DNA from: an uncultured virus (IMG/VR IMGVR_UViG_3300020201_000458)
Lineage: Duplodnaviria > Heunggongvirae > Uroviricota > Caudoviricetes
DNA: 64,000 nt
Strand: one strand, 5' to 3'
Virus record (IMG/VR): IMGVR_UViG_3300020201_000458
Span: 1 to 64,000 of that record
Shown in pieces: positions 15,565 through 25,800 of this stretch; position 1 is the stretch's first letter, and every line of letters starts with the position of its first letter. Below the pieces are notes generated by a model that saw only the letters and a program-made list of their open reading frames with translations, had not been told where the DNA came from and searched no databases. A program made the translations under genes and the position numbers.

Positions 15565-16044
15565 ATGAAATACCAGAAGCATCCTTACTCTTGCGGTGCT
15601 GCGGCGGTGGTCAACGTATTACGATGCTTTGGAAAGAATGCTTCGGAGATGGCTGTCAGGGCGTTCTCTAACACTTCGGCAGAAAAAGGTACGGACGAAC
15701 ACGGGATCATCGCTGGTCTCCGTGGATTCGGTTTCGATGGGGAAGCATTTGACATCAAAAACTTCGATGAGGCATTTGGAGAGGTTGAATCTGAAATCAG
15801 AGAGGGATATCCGGTCATCCTGTGTACGTGGTCAATGCAGCATTGGGTCACGGTTATAGGATCATTCGGACGAGACCCCGGAAACGGAACTAGATTTGTT
15901 GTGGCTGATCCTTCCAATTCAGACAGGAACACTGCTGAAAACGGCGTAAAGATCTTTACGAAGAAGCAATTGAAAAAGTCTTGGCGATCCAGAGACGGTA
16001 AGTACTTCGGAATCGTGTGTTTCAAGAAACGAATGCCTTCGTAG
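15565..16044 (+). CDS. C39-like cysteine peptidase
   Basis: QKHPYSCGAAA...HWVTVIG...VADP. Confidence 0.8.
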   Translation: MKYQKHPYSCGAAAVVNVLRCFGKNASEMAVRAFSNTSAEKGTDEHGIIAGLRGFGFDGEAFDIKNFDEAFGEVESEIREGYPVILCTWSMQHWVTVIGSFGRDPGNGTRFVVADPSNSDRNTAENGVKIFTKKQLKKSWRSRDGKYFGIVCFKKRMPS

Positions 16045-16107
16045 TATAACTGGATAGAACGGATCTCTCCTAAAGATCAGGCCTGGGTTCGAGTCCCGGC
16101 GAGGGCA
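16035..16107 (+). tRNA. tRNA-Arg(CCT)
   Basis: GATCT CT-CCT-AA AGATC. Confidence 0.9.
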
Positions 16108-16123
16108 CAAAGGAAGGTGGCAA

Positions 16124-16975
16124 ATGCGACGTAAAGACAAGATCGTGCTGAAGAGGGAAGGTATCTTCGGAGAATCCTGGAGCAAAAGGGTCGAGGACTA
16201 TGTCATCTCCGGCATCAGGGCTGGTGGACGGAAGGAGGGAGAGTTCCTCTGGCAGAACCGTAACGTCGACCTCAAGGTCGAGGGTGATGTCACACTCTTA
16301 GACCTGATCAAGATCTTGGCCAAGATGAACGTGGAAGAACTTCACGCCCTGAGCCAGCTGGCGAACGCTAATCTCGCCCCATACCTGATAGATTTTGCCA
16401 ACAATCCGACTCCCATCCCAGACACGGACAAGTTCGGAAAACTCACTCACATCGAAGTGTACAAGACGGTCGAGTTCGACAACCACGAGTCCGGAGACAA
16501 TCTATACGACTTCACTGTTTCCACCAGCGCGCACGGTATCGGTGAGGTGTGGGAAGACGTCATGAAGGAAGTCACGTCCGGTACGACTAAGCTCGAGGAT
16601 GCGAAGGCCTGCAATTCTTACGCCATCGAGTTCACTCCGTGGCAGCAGATGTTGGACATTCCTATCCGGATTCGACCAGAAACATACTACACGGAGATGA
16701 TCTGGAAGAAGTGCAAGCCTCGAGCCCTGGAATTCGGTATCATAGGCTCCAAGAGAAAAGTCAAGATGGGTATGATGGAACGTGATCTGGTCGAACGAAA
16801 GAACGACAAGAAAGTCAGAAGCACGATGACCCTCGCTGAGTTCTTTACCGGTCTCTTCAACGAGCTCTGTTACTTCGGAGCTCCAACGAGTCGGGATTCA
16901 CAGATGAATGTCATCAAGGGGCGCATGAACAACGTGGAGAAGTTGCGTACAAAGGGAAAGAAGAAAAAGAAGTAA
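16124..16975 (+). CDS. Hypothetical protein
   Basis: AAGGT RBS, 283-aa ORF. Confidence 0.7.
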   Translation: MRRKDKIVLKREGIFGESWSKRVEDYVISGIRAGGRKEGEFLWQNRNVDLKVEGDVTLLDLIKILAKMNVEELHALSQLANANLAPYLIDFANNPTPIPDTDKFGKLTHIEVYKTVEFDNHESGDNLYDFTVSTSAHGIGEVWEDVMKEVTSGTTKLEDAKACNSYAIEFTPWQQMLDIPIRIRPETYYTEMIWKKCKPRALEFGIIGSKRKVKMGMMERDLVERKNDKKVRSTMTLAEFFTGLFNELCYFGAPTSRDSQMNVIKGRMNNVEKLRTKGKKKKK

Positions 16976-16980
16976 TACAT

Positions 16981-17053
16981 GGCTCTTTCGTCCAACTGGC
17001 TAGGACACTCGACTCTGACTCGAGAAATGAAGGTTCGAATCCTTCGAGGGCTG
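16981..17053 (+). tRNA. tRNA-Gln(CTG)
   Basis: CTCGA CT-CTG-AC TCGAG. Confidence 0.88.
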
Positions 17054-17066
17054 CAAAGGAGAACAC

Positions 17067-17387
17067 ATGAAACCAATCATCTGGAAGGCGTACTTAGAAT
17101 GTGCTTGCTCGACAAAAGCACATCTTATCTGTATCGAGTATGACGAAGATCTCGGTCTTACGATTTCAACCCAACTGAACCAGTGGCGTGGTTTTTTCAA
17201 GCGTCTAATTGAAGGCTTCAAGTATGTGTTCTTTAAGCCGCATTGTGGCTCTTGGGACACGTGTATGATAAAACCTGAGGATGTCGTCAAGGTGCAAGAA
17301 TGGTTGAATCACGCTCTTATCCACGGTCCAGGTCTTATCCACGGTCCAGGTTCTGATCATGAGGTAACGTTCCTTCTTCCCAAATAG
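17067..17387 (+). CDS. Hypothetical protein
   Basis: AGGAG RBS; LIHGPG duplicated near C-terminus. Confidence 0.6.
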   Translation: MKPIIWKAYLECACSTKAHLICIEYDEDLGLTISTQLNQWRGFFKRLIEGFKYVFFKPHCGSWDTCMIKPEDVVKVQEWLNHALIHGPGLIHGPGSDHEVTFLLPK

Positions 17388-17417
17388 GAGTCCAGGGTTC
17401 GATTCCCGGTGGCCGCT
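17355..17417 (+). pseudogene. 3' remnant of tRNA-Gly(CCC)
   Basis: TT-CCC-AA loop, T arm, TGGCCGCT 3' strand; 5' acceptor strand absent. Confidence 0.5.
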
Positions 17418-17429
17418 ATATTTATAGAC

Positions 17430-18035
17430 ATGAAAACATCCCAAAAAATTCTTGTCTTCTTTGCGAAGATCGGATCAACATTATATCTCGGTCTCGGAAT
17501 CTATTTGTTGTGGTCCACGATTCACAGGATCACCTCCGATCGACAGTGGAGGAAGGTAGTCTTAGACAAATTCACCACTATAGAGGCAGCTTCCAAAAAG
17601 ATGACGAGCTTCGTTTGGATCGCTGACGGCGCCTCCGAACTCTTCGATGCCGTGTGCACCCCTCAGAAGGTCCAAGCAGTTGGATTCGACGGCTCTTCTC
17701 CTCATGGAAACGACTGTGATGAAGAGGGCATTTATCTCGCCAACACGCTTCAGGTTCCAGGTATCACTCCGTACTTCTTCACCGTGACCTGGTACGAACC
17801 GGAGACTGGAAAGTTCGCCGGTCACAACGTATGTCTTCTTGAATCTGTCGAAGGGTTTAGATACATGGACTACGGAATGCCAAGCAGATATCTCTGGAGC
17901 ATTAAGGAAGTAGCTGAGCTCGTCATCAAAGACTATGCCGGATGGGATACAACGGGTCATGGTACACAACCGGCAGTGCTCATCACCGCGCTTGTTTCTA
18001 GTCCTAAGATGAGGCCGATCAAGATTCTGCTGTAA
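17430..18035 (+). CDS. Membrane-anchored transglutaminase-like protein
   Basis: N-terminal TM; DCD...GHNVC...YMDYG putative triad. Confidence 0.55.
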   Translation: MKTSQKILVFFAKIGSTLYLGLGIYLLWSTIHRITSDRQWRKVVLDKFTTIEAASKKMTSFVWIADGASELFDAVCTPQKVQAVGFDGSSPHGNDCDEEGIYLANTLQVPGITPYFFTVTWYEPETGKFAGHNVCLLESVEGFRYMDYGMPSRYLWSIKEVAELVIKDYAGWDTTGHGTQPAVLITALVSSPKMRPIKILL

Positions 18036-18042
18036 GTAGAAT

Positions 18043-18113
18043 GCGGGTATAGCTCAATGGTAGAGTTACAGCCTTCCAAGTTGAAGACGAGGGTTCGATT
18101 CCCTCTACCCGCT
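18043..18113 (+). tRNA. tRNA-Gly(TCC)
   Basis: Canonical cloverleaf. Confidence 0.92.
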
Positions 18114-18155
18114 CAACATAGTTTACAGTAGGTTGTTTACTGTAAACGCCTGAAT

Positions 18156-18226
18156 GCCCCTATAGTTCAATGGCAGAACTCTAGTTTTGTAAACCTGAAA
18201 TCCCAGTTCGATTCTGGGTGGGGGCT
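18156..18226 (+). tRNA. tRNA-Thr(TGT)
   Basis: TT-TGT-AA; weak anticodon stem. Confidence 0.8.
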
Positions 18227-18319
18227 CTCGATGCTGTCGGAGTGAAACAGTTTGGAAGCCATGGATACACTCATACTATTGTTTTAGTGATCTCTGATCA
18301 CATTCGGGAGGTCTGAGCT

Positions 18320-18820
18320 ATGGCTCAAATTGCACCACACGGACTCAAAGGCGTTAAGGCGGCATTCGGTGATTTCGAGTACCACGAAATGTCCGGCGGA
18401 AACATAGACATCGATGATGCCTGGGAAAAAGACAATCTGGTCATCATGAAGAACGTCGCTGGATCTGGAAGAAATATCCAAGTCCACAAGCTGATCGCCG
18501 CCGAGTTTGAGGAAGCATTGAAGGAAGCTATGGTGGTAGCACCGACATACAAGGTTCGGATGCTCGGTGGTCATTGTGGGCGTCACATGATGCATAACCA
18601 AAAGAATCCACTTTCCATTCACTCATGGGGGATCGCCTTCGATGTCAACTGGGACAAGAATCTGGTGGTCGCCGCTAATGCTAGCCTGATGGTTAAGGCG
18701 GCTGGATGTGACCTTCCAAAAGAATTCGTAGATGCTTTCAAGAAGAGAGGTTGGGAGTGGGGAGGTGATTGGAAGTCCGTCAAGGACTACATGCACTTTC
18801 AATTCGCGACCGGCTGCTGA
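18320..18820 (+). CDS. M15-family peptidoglycan peptidase (endolysin-like)
   Basis: SIHSWGIAFDVN...WGGDW...DYMHFQ. Confidence 0.88.
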   Translation: MAQIAPHGLKGVKAAFGDFEYHEMSGGNIDIDDAWEKDNLVIMKNVAGSGRNIQVHKLIAAEFEEALKEAMVVAPTYKVRMLGGHCGRHMMHNQKNPLSIHSWGIAFDVNWDKNLVVAANASLMVKAAGCDLPKEFVDAFKKRGWEWGGDWKSVKDYMHFQFATGC

Positions 18821-18977
18821 TATTTTATGAAGCGATGCAAAACTGTGTCATAGAGATTCCTGACAACCAGGCCCACTTGGTTTTGGCATGGAATTTGCAT
18901 ATAAGTTTGGTATGGTTAAGAGTGAAGTCCTCATCAGGATTAAAGATGAGCAGTTCCGACAGTAAGTTCAATTTCCT

Positions 18978-19047
18978 GGCTCTTTTGGTCGTGGCGGCCA
19001 ACCGATCTGCAAAATCGGCGGAGAGGGTTCAATTCCCTCAGGAGCTT
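18978..19047 (+). tRNA. tRNA-Cys(GCA)
   Basis: CCGAT CT-GCA-AA ATCGG; U73. Confidence 0.82.
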
Positions 19048-19138
19048 TTTCCTAAAATTGTTTGGTCGCTCTGTCGCAAGAATCCCCTAGTTACCATGCG
19101 GACTCCGCATAGAGCATAGACAATATAGTCTTTAAGTA

Positions 19139-19259
19139 ATACAGTCTCTTCTATAGTCTCTAGGCTATACAGTCTCTTCTATAGTCTCTAGGCTATACAG
19201 TCTCTTCTATAGTCTCTAGGCTATACAGTCTCTTCTATAGTCTCTAGGCTATACAGTCT
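19139..19259. repeat. Perfect tandem repeat, 28 bp x 4.3 (ATACAGTCTCTTCTATAGTCTCTAGGCT)
   Basis: Read directly from the sequence; intergenic. Confidence 0.95.
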
Positions 19260-19300
19260 TGTAGTAGGAACTCTATATAGGCTAAAGGAGATTAACCAAA

Positions 19301-19726
19301 ATGGCTACTAAGCAAGAACTCGAAGTACAAGTCGCAGAATTGCAGAAGCAACTGGCTGATCAAACTCCACATGATGTCGACTTGCTTCAAGCAGAGATCG
19401 AAAATCTGAAGACTGAGCGGGAGCTTCTGGTGGCTGCGATTGCCGACAAGGACGAGGCTAACAAGACCAAAATCGACACTCTCATCAGCGAGTTCGAACA
19501 GACCCGACAGGAAGATGAAGCTGTCTACCAGGGAAAGCTTTCCAATCTCAAAGCAGAGATGACTGCGACTTCCGTTAAATCTGCGATCGCTGGCAACAAT
19601 CAGGTCGTTGTCGATGGGAAAACCCGCGAGATCCTTTTCAAGGACAGCGTTCTTGAATTGGTCGATGCTTGGCGAAAGAAGTTCGTCGACGAGACCGATC
19701 TGGCAGTCGTTATCCGGAAGGTCTGA
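19301..19726 (+). CDS. Hypothetical coiled-coil protein
   Basis: Strong AAGGAG RBS. Confidence 0.75.
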   Translation: MATKQELEVQVAELQKQLADQTPHDVDLLQAEIENLKTERELLVAAIADKDEANKTKIDTLISEFEQTRQEDEAVYQGKLSNLKAEMTATSVKSAIAGNNQVVVDGKTREILFKDSVLELVDAWRKKFVDETDLAVVIRKV

Positions 19727-19738
19727 TCCGGAGAATCC

Positions 19739-20578
19739 TTGAAGGATCGAATCTCATTCAGTGAGTGGATGCTATACCGCAACGGCTGTCAATGGCGGTG
19801 GAAGCTCGATTACCTGGACAAGCTCGGTGGTAAGGCGTACGGTGTTTACATGGACTTTGGTACTTGCGTACACGGAGCCATCGAAAAGCATAGGACCAGA
19901 AAGGACCCGATCTCTTTGAATGAAGCCAAGGATTTCTTCGAGAAGAGTTTCAAGGATACATTTGAGAAGAACAAGACAAAGTATCGAGAGCGTGAACGGA
20001 CGCTAGATATCGAAGATTTCGTCCTGGCTGGCAAACGGATCTTGGATCACTTGGTCCAGTGCATCGAGTTGACATCGGCCGATGTCGTGTACAACGAGCA
20101 CGAACTCCTACTTCCCATGGATAGATCTGACTCCATTCAGATCAACTTCAAGGGATTCATCGACATGGTCATCAAGACCAAGGACAAGCTTGGGAAGACG
20201 ATCCTGTACATCGTCGACTTCAAGACGTGCTCCTGGGGGTGGGACGGTGACAAGCGACAAGATCGTGATCTTCATTCCCAACTTTTTCTGTATAAACACT
20301 TCCTCTGCAAGAAGTTCAACTTGGATCCTAAACAGGTCAGGACAGCCTTCGTGTTGCTTAAGCGTCGTCCTTCCAAGAATACTTGTGCCGTGGAGTTCTT
20401 CCCCGTCAGCGCAGGTCCTGTCAGTGTCCAGCGGGCACTTGACAACCTGAATTCAGACCTAACTGATATGAACGAGCGGTTGGAGACGAATACTCTTGCG
20501 AAGAATCGTAAGCAATGTACTAACGAGTACGGAGACGTTTGTCCCTACTACAAAACCGAACACTGCCATGGTGAATGA
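19739..20578 (+). CDS. PD-(D/E)XK (RecB/Cas4-like) exonuclease
   Basis: ISFSE, FGTCVH, GFIDMV...IVDFKT, QLFLY, C-terminal Cys cluster. Confidence 0.88.
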   Translation: MKDRISFSEWMLYRNGCQWRWKLDYLDKLGGKAYGVYMDFGTCVHGAIEKHRTRKDPISLNEAKDFFEKSFKDTFEKNKTKYRERERTLDIEDFVLAGKRILDHLVQCIELTSADVVYNEHELLLPMDRSDSIQINFKGFIDMVIKTKDKLGKTILYIVDFKTCSWGWDGDKRQDRDLHSQLFLYKHFLCKKFNLDPKQVRTAFVLLKRRPSKNTCAVEFFPVSAGPVSVQRALDNLNSDLTDMNERLETNTLAKNRKQCTNEYGDVCPYYKTEHCHGE

Positions 20579-20579
20579 G

Positions 20580-21908
20580 ATGACAGAGAAGAAAAAGATC
20601 ATGATGTTGTGTGACCACCCTCTCGTCCCAAGCGGTGTTGGTACCCAGGCGCGGTACCTGATAGAAGGTCTGCTCGCCACTGGCAAGTACAAGTTCCACG
20701 TCTTTGGTGGCGCCATGAAACACCCTGACTACAGGGAACAGAGGGTATCCCCTGACAAGTTCGGTGATGATGGTTGGATCATCGTCCCTGTCGATGGATA
20801 CGGGGACAAAGAACGACTCCGTGCAGCCATTGCGAAGGAGAAGCCTGATCTACTTCTTCTCTTCACTGATCCGCGACAGTTTGTGTGGGTCTGGGAGATG
20901 GAGGATGAGATCCGTCCCATCTGCCCGATCGCTTACTGGCATGTCTGGGACAACGATCCCACACCGAAGTACAACAAGGTCTTCTATGATTCGACAGACC
21001 TCTTGGTCCCCCTGTCTCTCAAGACGTACGGGATCCTTCAAGACATGAAACACCCAAACTTCAAGTACATTCCGCACGCCGTCTCATCAGAGCTCTTCAA
21101 ACCTCTGGACGAGGTGGAATGTCAGAAGTTCAAGCGTGGTCGTTTTGGTCCTCACGCCGATAAGAAATTCATCGTCTTCTGGAACAATCGCAATGCCAGG
21201 CGGAAGATGACAGGAGACGTGGTCGCCGTTTTCGCCAAGTTTGCCGAAAAGGTCGGTAAGGAGAATGTGGCCCTCGCGATGCACACAGTCGTGAATGATC
21301 AGGAAGGACAAAACATCGTAGAGGTTGCAAGGTGCTTTGACATCGAAAAGAATCTGATTATCTCAGAGGAACGCTGTCCACCAGATGTTTTGAATGGTTT
21401 CTACAATGCATGTGATATCACCATGAACATTGCCAATAACGAGGGGTTTGGCCTCTCGACTCTTGAATCCCTGATGGCCGGGTCTCCAGTGTTGCTCCAG
21501 ATGACGGGTGGTCTCCAGTTCCAGATTGGAAACTGGTGGGACGGAGTGAAGGACTTCACCGATCAGGACAAGCTGACTGAGATGGCTAAGAGGTTGTACA
21601 AGTCAAAGGGTGCCAACTTCTATGGTATTCCAGTCTTTCCTGCCTCACGATCTTGTACTGGATCACAACCGATTCCGTATATTTACGACGACCGTGTCTC
21701 GCACGAAGATGTTGTCAAGGGACTTATCCAACTTTACGAGATGGGACGTGAAAAACGACGTGAACTTGGGAAGGCTGGCAGTGTTTGGGCGGAGAAAACT
21801 TTCAACATGGCTAAGATGATCTCTGATTGGGACAGCGTGTTGTCGGAAGAGATAAGTAGGTCAGAGGCACGCAAGACCCGGTCGTCACTTCGGGTCGTCG
21901 GAATCTGA
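20580..21908 (+). CDS. GT4-family glycosyltransferase
   Basis: DHPLVPSGVG; NRNARRK; EGFGLSTLES. Confidence 0.9.
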   Translation: MTEKKKIMMLCDHPLVPSGVGTQARYLIEGLLATGKYKFHVFGGAMKHPDYREQRVSPDKFGDDGWIIVPVDGYGDKERLRAAIAKEKPDLLLLFTDPRQFVWVWEMEDEIRPICPIAYWHVWDNDPTPKYNKVFYDSTDLLVPLSLKTYGILQDMKHPNFKYIPHAVSSELFKPLDEVECQKFKRGRFGPHADKKFIVFWNNRNARRKMTGDVVAVFAKFAEKVGKENVALAMHTVVNDQEGQNIVEVARCFDIEKNLIISEERCPPDVLNGFYNACDITMNIANNEGFGLSTLESLMAGSPVLLQMTGGLQFQIGNWWDGVKDFTDQDKLTEMAKRLYKSKGANFYGIPVFPASRSCTGSQPIPYIYDDRVSHEDVVKGLIQLYEMGREKRRELGKAGSVWAEKTFNMAKMISDWDSVLSEEISRSEARKTRSSLRVVGI

Positions 21909-21917
21909 GGATAACAT

Positions 21918-22859
21918 ATGCCAGGAATTGCTGTCTTAGGTGGTGCGGGTTTCATCGGATCAAACCTCGTCGATGAACTGCTCGTTCAGGGTCACGAGGT
22001 GACTGTACTCGACAACTTCTCAGAAGGCAGACTGGAGAATCTCGAGAGGTGGAGGGGAAATCCGAAGCTTGAGGTCGTAAGGGGCGACATCAGGGAGTTC
22101 TCCCAGGTTCGACGGGCTGTTGACCACAAGGAGTGGGTCTTCCACCTTGCTGCCATGAGTCGCATTCAACCATCCATCACGGATCCACTGCTAGCTTTCA
22201 GCCAGAACGTCATGGGAACAGCGAATGTACTGGAAGCGTGTAGGCAGGGCGGAGTGAAGCGGGTCGTCTACTCCGCGTCCTCCTCAGCTTATGGTCTAAA
22301 AAATCCACTCCCAAATAGGGAGGACATGCCGACAGATTGTCTCAACCCGTACTCACTTTCCAAGAAGAACGGTGAAGAGCTAATGGACCTGTACGGAAAA
22401 TTGTACGGTCTTTCTACAGTCTCTCTCAGGTACTTCAACGTTTACGGACCTCGTCACCAGGAAGAGGGAAATTACGCGACAGTGATTGCGATCTTCCGTC
22501 GACAGAAGAGGATGGGACAGAAGTTGACCATTGTTGGAGACGGCGAACAACGTCGTGACTTCACGTTCGTCGGTGATGTTGTCCGGGCCAACATGCTAGC
22601 GGCCATGAATAGGGACGTCACTGGGATCGTGAATATAGGTACGTGTCAGAACCACAGTATCAACGATCTTGCCAAGATGATTGGTGGCGAGACGACCTTT
22701 ATCCCGGCACGACAGGCAGAGGCAAGGGAAACGTTGGCCGATAACACCCGAGCTCGTACGGTCCTGGGATGGACGCCACAAGTAGAACTGGCCAGTGGAT
22801 TGGCTGTAGTTGAAGCCTACGAGAAAAGAAATCCACCAGGACTGATCACGCTCGTCTGA
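21918..22859 (+). CDS. NAD-dependent nucleotide-sugar epimerase/dehydratase
   Basis: GGAGFIGS, YSLSK, LRYFNVYGP, RDFTFV. Confidence 0.93.
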   Translation: MPGIAVLGGAGFIGSNLVDELLVQGHEVTVLDNFSEGRLENLERWRGNPKLEVVRGDIREFSQVRRAVDHKEWVFHLAAMSRIQPSITDPLLAFSQNVMGTANVLEACRQGGVKRVVYSASSSAYGLKNPLPNREDMPTDCLNPYSLSKKNGEELMDLYGKLYGLSTVSLRYFNVYGPRHQEEGNYATVIAIFRRQKRMGQKLTIVGDGEQRRDFTFVGDVVRANMLAAMNRDVTGIVNIGTCQNHSINDLAKMIGGETTFIPARQAEARETLADNTRARTVLGWTPQVELASGLAVVEAYEKRNPPGLITLV

Positions 22860-22870
22860 CTGGAGAGACA

Positions 22871-25800
22871 ATGCAGAAGCTTCTTTTTTGGGGACCCGTA
22901 CTCACTGCTTCTGGGTACGGTGAACATGCTCGTCAACTCCTTCGATGTATTCTTGACTCCGGGAAGTTCGATGTCAGTGTATGTGGAGTGAAGTGGGGTC
23001 ACTGCTCCTTTCTGACTGGTGGCGACGAATTCATCGACAAGATTCGGGCGTTGGTACAGAAGTACGAGGTTGAGAAATCGAGTAACCAACAATATGATGT
23101 CTCAATACAGGTAACGATCCCGAATGAGTTCCAGAAGCTTGGACGTGTAAACATCGGTGTCACAGCCGGTATCGAGGTCGATCGGGTCTCTCCCGAATGG
23201 ATCAAGAAGGCCAACGAAGTCTGTGACCTGGTTGTTGTTCCATCCAAGCACTCAGCCCAGACGTTTGGGAGCGTTATCTACAAGGACCAGAGTGGCCAGG
23301 AGCTACGGCTCCAGAAACCGTTATTGATCGCCGCCGAAGGGTTTGACGCAGCTATTTTCAATACCACGCCGGACGAGAACGACGGACTGGGAGTGGATCT
23401 CGAAGCCGACTTCAATTTTCTCTCAGTCGGACTTGGTCTTGACAAGGGGATGGAGGAGGATCGCAAAAATATCAGCGGTCTCGTCAAGTGGTTCTGCCAG
23501 ACGTTCGCAGGCGATGAGCGTGTCGGTCTTGTTCTCAAGACGAACATGGTTAACAGCTCTCTCATGGATTTCGAGACGGCCAAGAGTCGGATCTCTCAGA
23601 TTAAGGCATCCACCGGTTGTGGACCTTTTCCGAGGATCAAACTCATTCACGGGCGTCTTTCCAAGAAGGAATTGGCAAATCTGTACCGTCATCCGAAGGT
23701 CAAGGCGTACGTTACCACGACCCACGGTGAAGGCTTTGGTCTCCCGACGATTGAGGCTGCAGCCTGTGGTCTTCCTGTGATCGCCACCAATTGGTCTGGT
23801 CACCTTGACTTTCTCCACTCTCCTGATGGAAAGAGAAAGTTCGTCCCTCTTGAATTCGACCTGAAGGAGATCCCTAAATCTTCCGTCTGGCCGGGAGTGA
23901 TGGAACAGGGAACCCGGTGGGCTTGCGTCAAGGAAGAAGATTTCCAGAATAAGATGAAGAAGGTATTTCTTAGCATCGAGAAGCCTAAGGAATGGGCTAC
24001 AGAGCTCGCAGCTCAATTGGCTGAGTCTCACGACGAGAGAAAGCTAGGAATTCAGTTCGTTTCCGCGATTGAACAGTTCCTGCGGGAGACTTCGAATGGT
24101 CCTAACTCCCAAAAGGTGAACGACCCGTGTGAGGTCAAGAGACGTCTACGAGAGCAGCTTCAGATTCCAGATGGAAAGAAGACACTCCTGTTCACGATGC
24201 CGATGTCGGCTGGCGACGTTTTCATGGCGACCGCAGTGGTCGATTCTCTCAACAAGAAGTTTCCAGAGCATCTGATCCTATTCGCCACTGATCCGAAGTA
24301 TGCTTCCATCCTGAAGGACAACCTGAAGATCTTCAAGATCATTCACTTTGATAATTGGATGACGAACATCACCTTCTGTGAATCTGTGTTCGATGAAGTC
24401 TACACTCCGAACCTCGCGATCCAAACAGTTCAATCAAACTGGGTGCATGGTGGAAAGGGACGTCTACTCGGTTATGAGATGGCCGCCCAGTGTCAGGTCG
24501 AGTTCGGCGACTACTTCATCAAGACTGAGCCGCTCTTCGAACCACTTCCGACGGAGAAGTACGTCGTCTTCCACCCGGGATCTGGAAAGGGTCAGTGGGA
24601 AGCTCGGAACTATCGTCACTGGCGGAAGGTCATCAGGAATCTCAAGAAGTCCGTCGACATCACGATTGTCCAGGTCGGTCTCGAGGACGATCCTGCCTAC
24701 GAGGGGTGCGTCGACCTGAGAGGTAAGACGACATACAACCAGTTAGCTATGGTGGTCCAGAACGCATCGTGCGTCCTCGGGATCGACTCTGTAACCATGC
24801 ACATGGCTGCAGCCTTCGGAACTCCCCACGTGGCCCTGTTTGGAAGTTCGTACTCTACCTCGACAGGGCCGGTCATTAAGATCAAGAAAGACAAGCCGTG
24901 GAGTTGCCTGCTCGAGACGACTAATCGGATGGGATGTGAGAAGGCATGCTACAAGTACCAGTGTGTTGTAGATCGTGAAAGCCCGTGTGTCAACGAGATC
25001 GATCCCAAGATGGTCGTCTCCTACGCGCTAGAAATGCTTTCACAGAACGTGACTCAGCTATCACCTGAGGCTGTGAAGTGGGACGACTGCCATCCGAAGA
25101 TCGCCGGATACACCCACGTCTTCAATGCGGAGACCCACGGGTTCCCATATGTCGAATCGATCAGTTCTATGTTGGGGTTCTGCGACGAGGTGATCGTTGT
25201 CGATGGCGGATCGACCGATGGGACTCTCGAGAAGATCAAGGCGCTCGGAAACGACAAGATCAAGATCTTCGACCGGGTATGGGACTGGAACGAGCCGGGC
25301 ATGGACGGTATGCAGAAGGCGTTCGGCCGGGCCATGGCCACAGTCGGTCCCGACGACTTCCTCTGGCAGCAGGATGCTGACGAGGTGGTCCACGAGGAAG
25401 ACTACGAGAAGGTCCGGAAGATGGCCGAGAGATTCCCAACGGGAGTCGACCTGGTCCACCTGCCGGTCGTGGAGCTCTGGGGAGTCAAGGACAACGTCCG
25501 GATCGATAGACACTCGTGGAAGTGGCGCATGAGCCGGAATAACTTCAGAGTTACACACGGCATCAACGGCCCAGCGCGAGTGTTCGACGAGAAGACTGGA
25601 CGGACCTACGCCAAGAAAGGTCAGAGCGACGGTTGTGAATACGTCGATATCATGACCAACGACCACATTCCGCACAAGGGCTTTTATTCTCAGGAGCTCG
25701 AGAATCTTCGGCAGACGAACCCAGATGAGTACGGGAAAAACATGAACCGGATCTTCAAGGAAATGCCGTCCATCTTCCACTACTCATGGGCCAACCTGCC

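Noticed and set aside
19139..19259. CRISPR array next to a Cas4-like nuclease
   Set aside because: The units are contiguous and identical with no spacers; the nuclease is a common phage PD-(D/E)XK exonuclease and no other cas genes are present.
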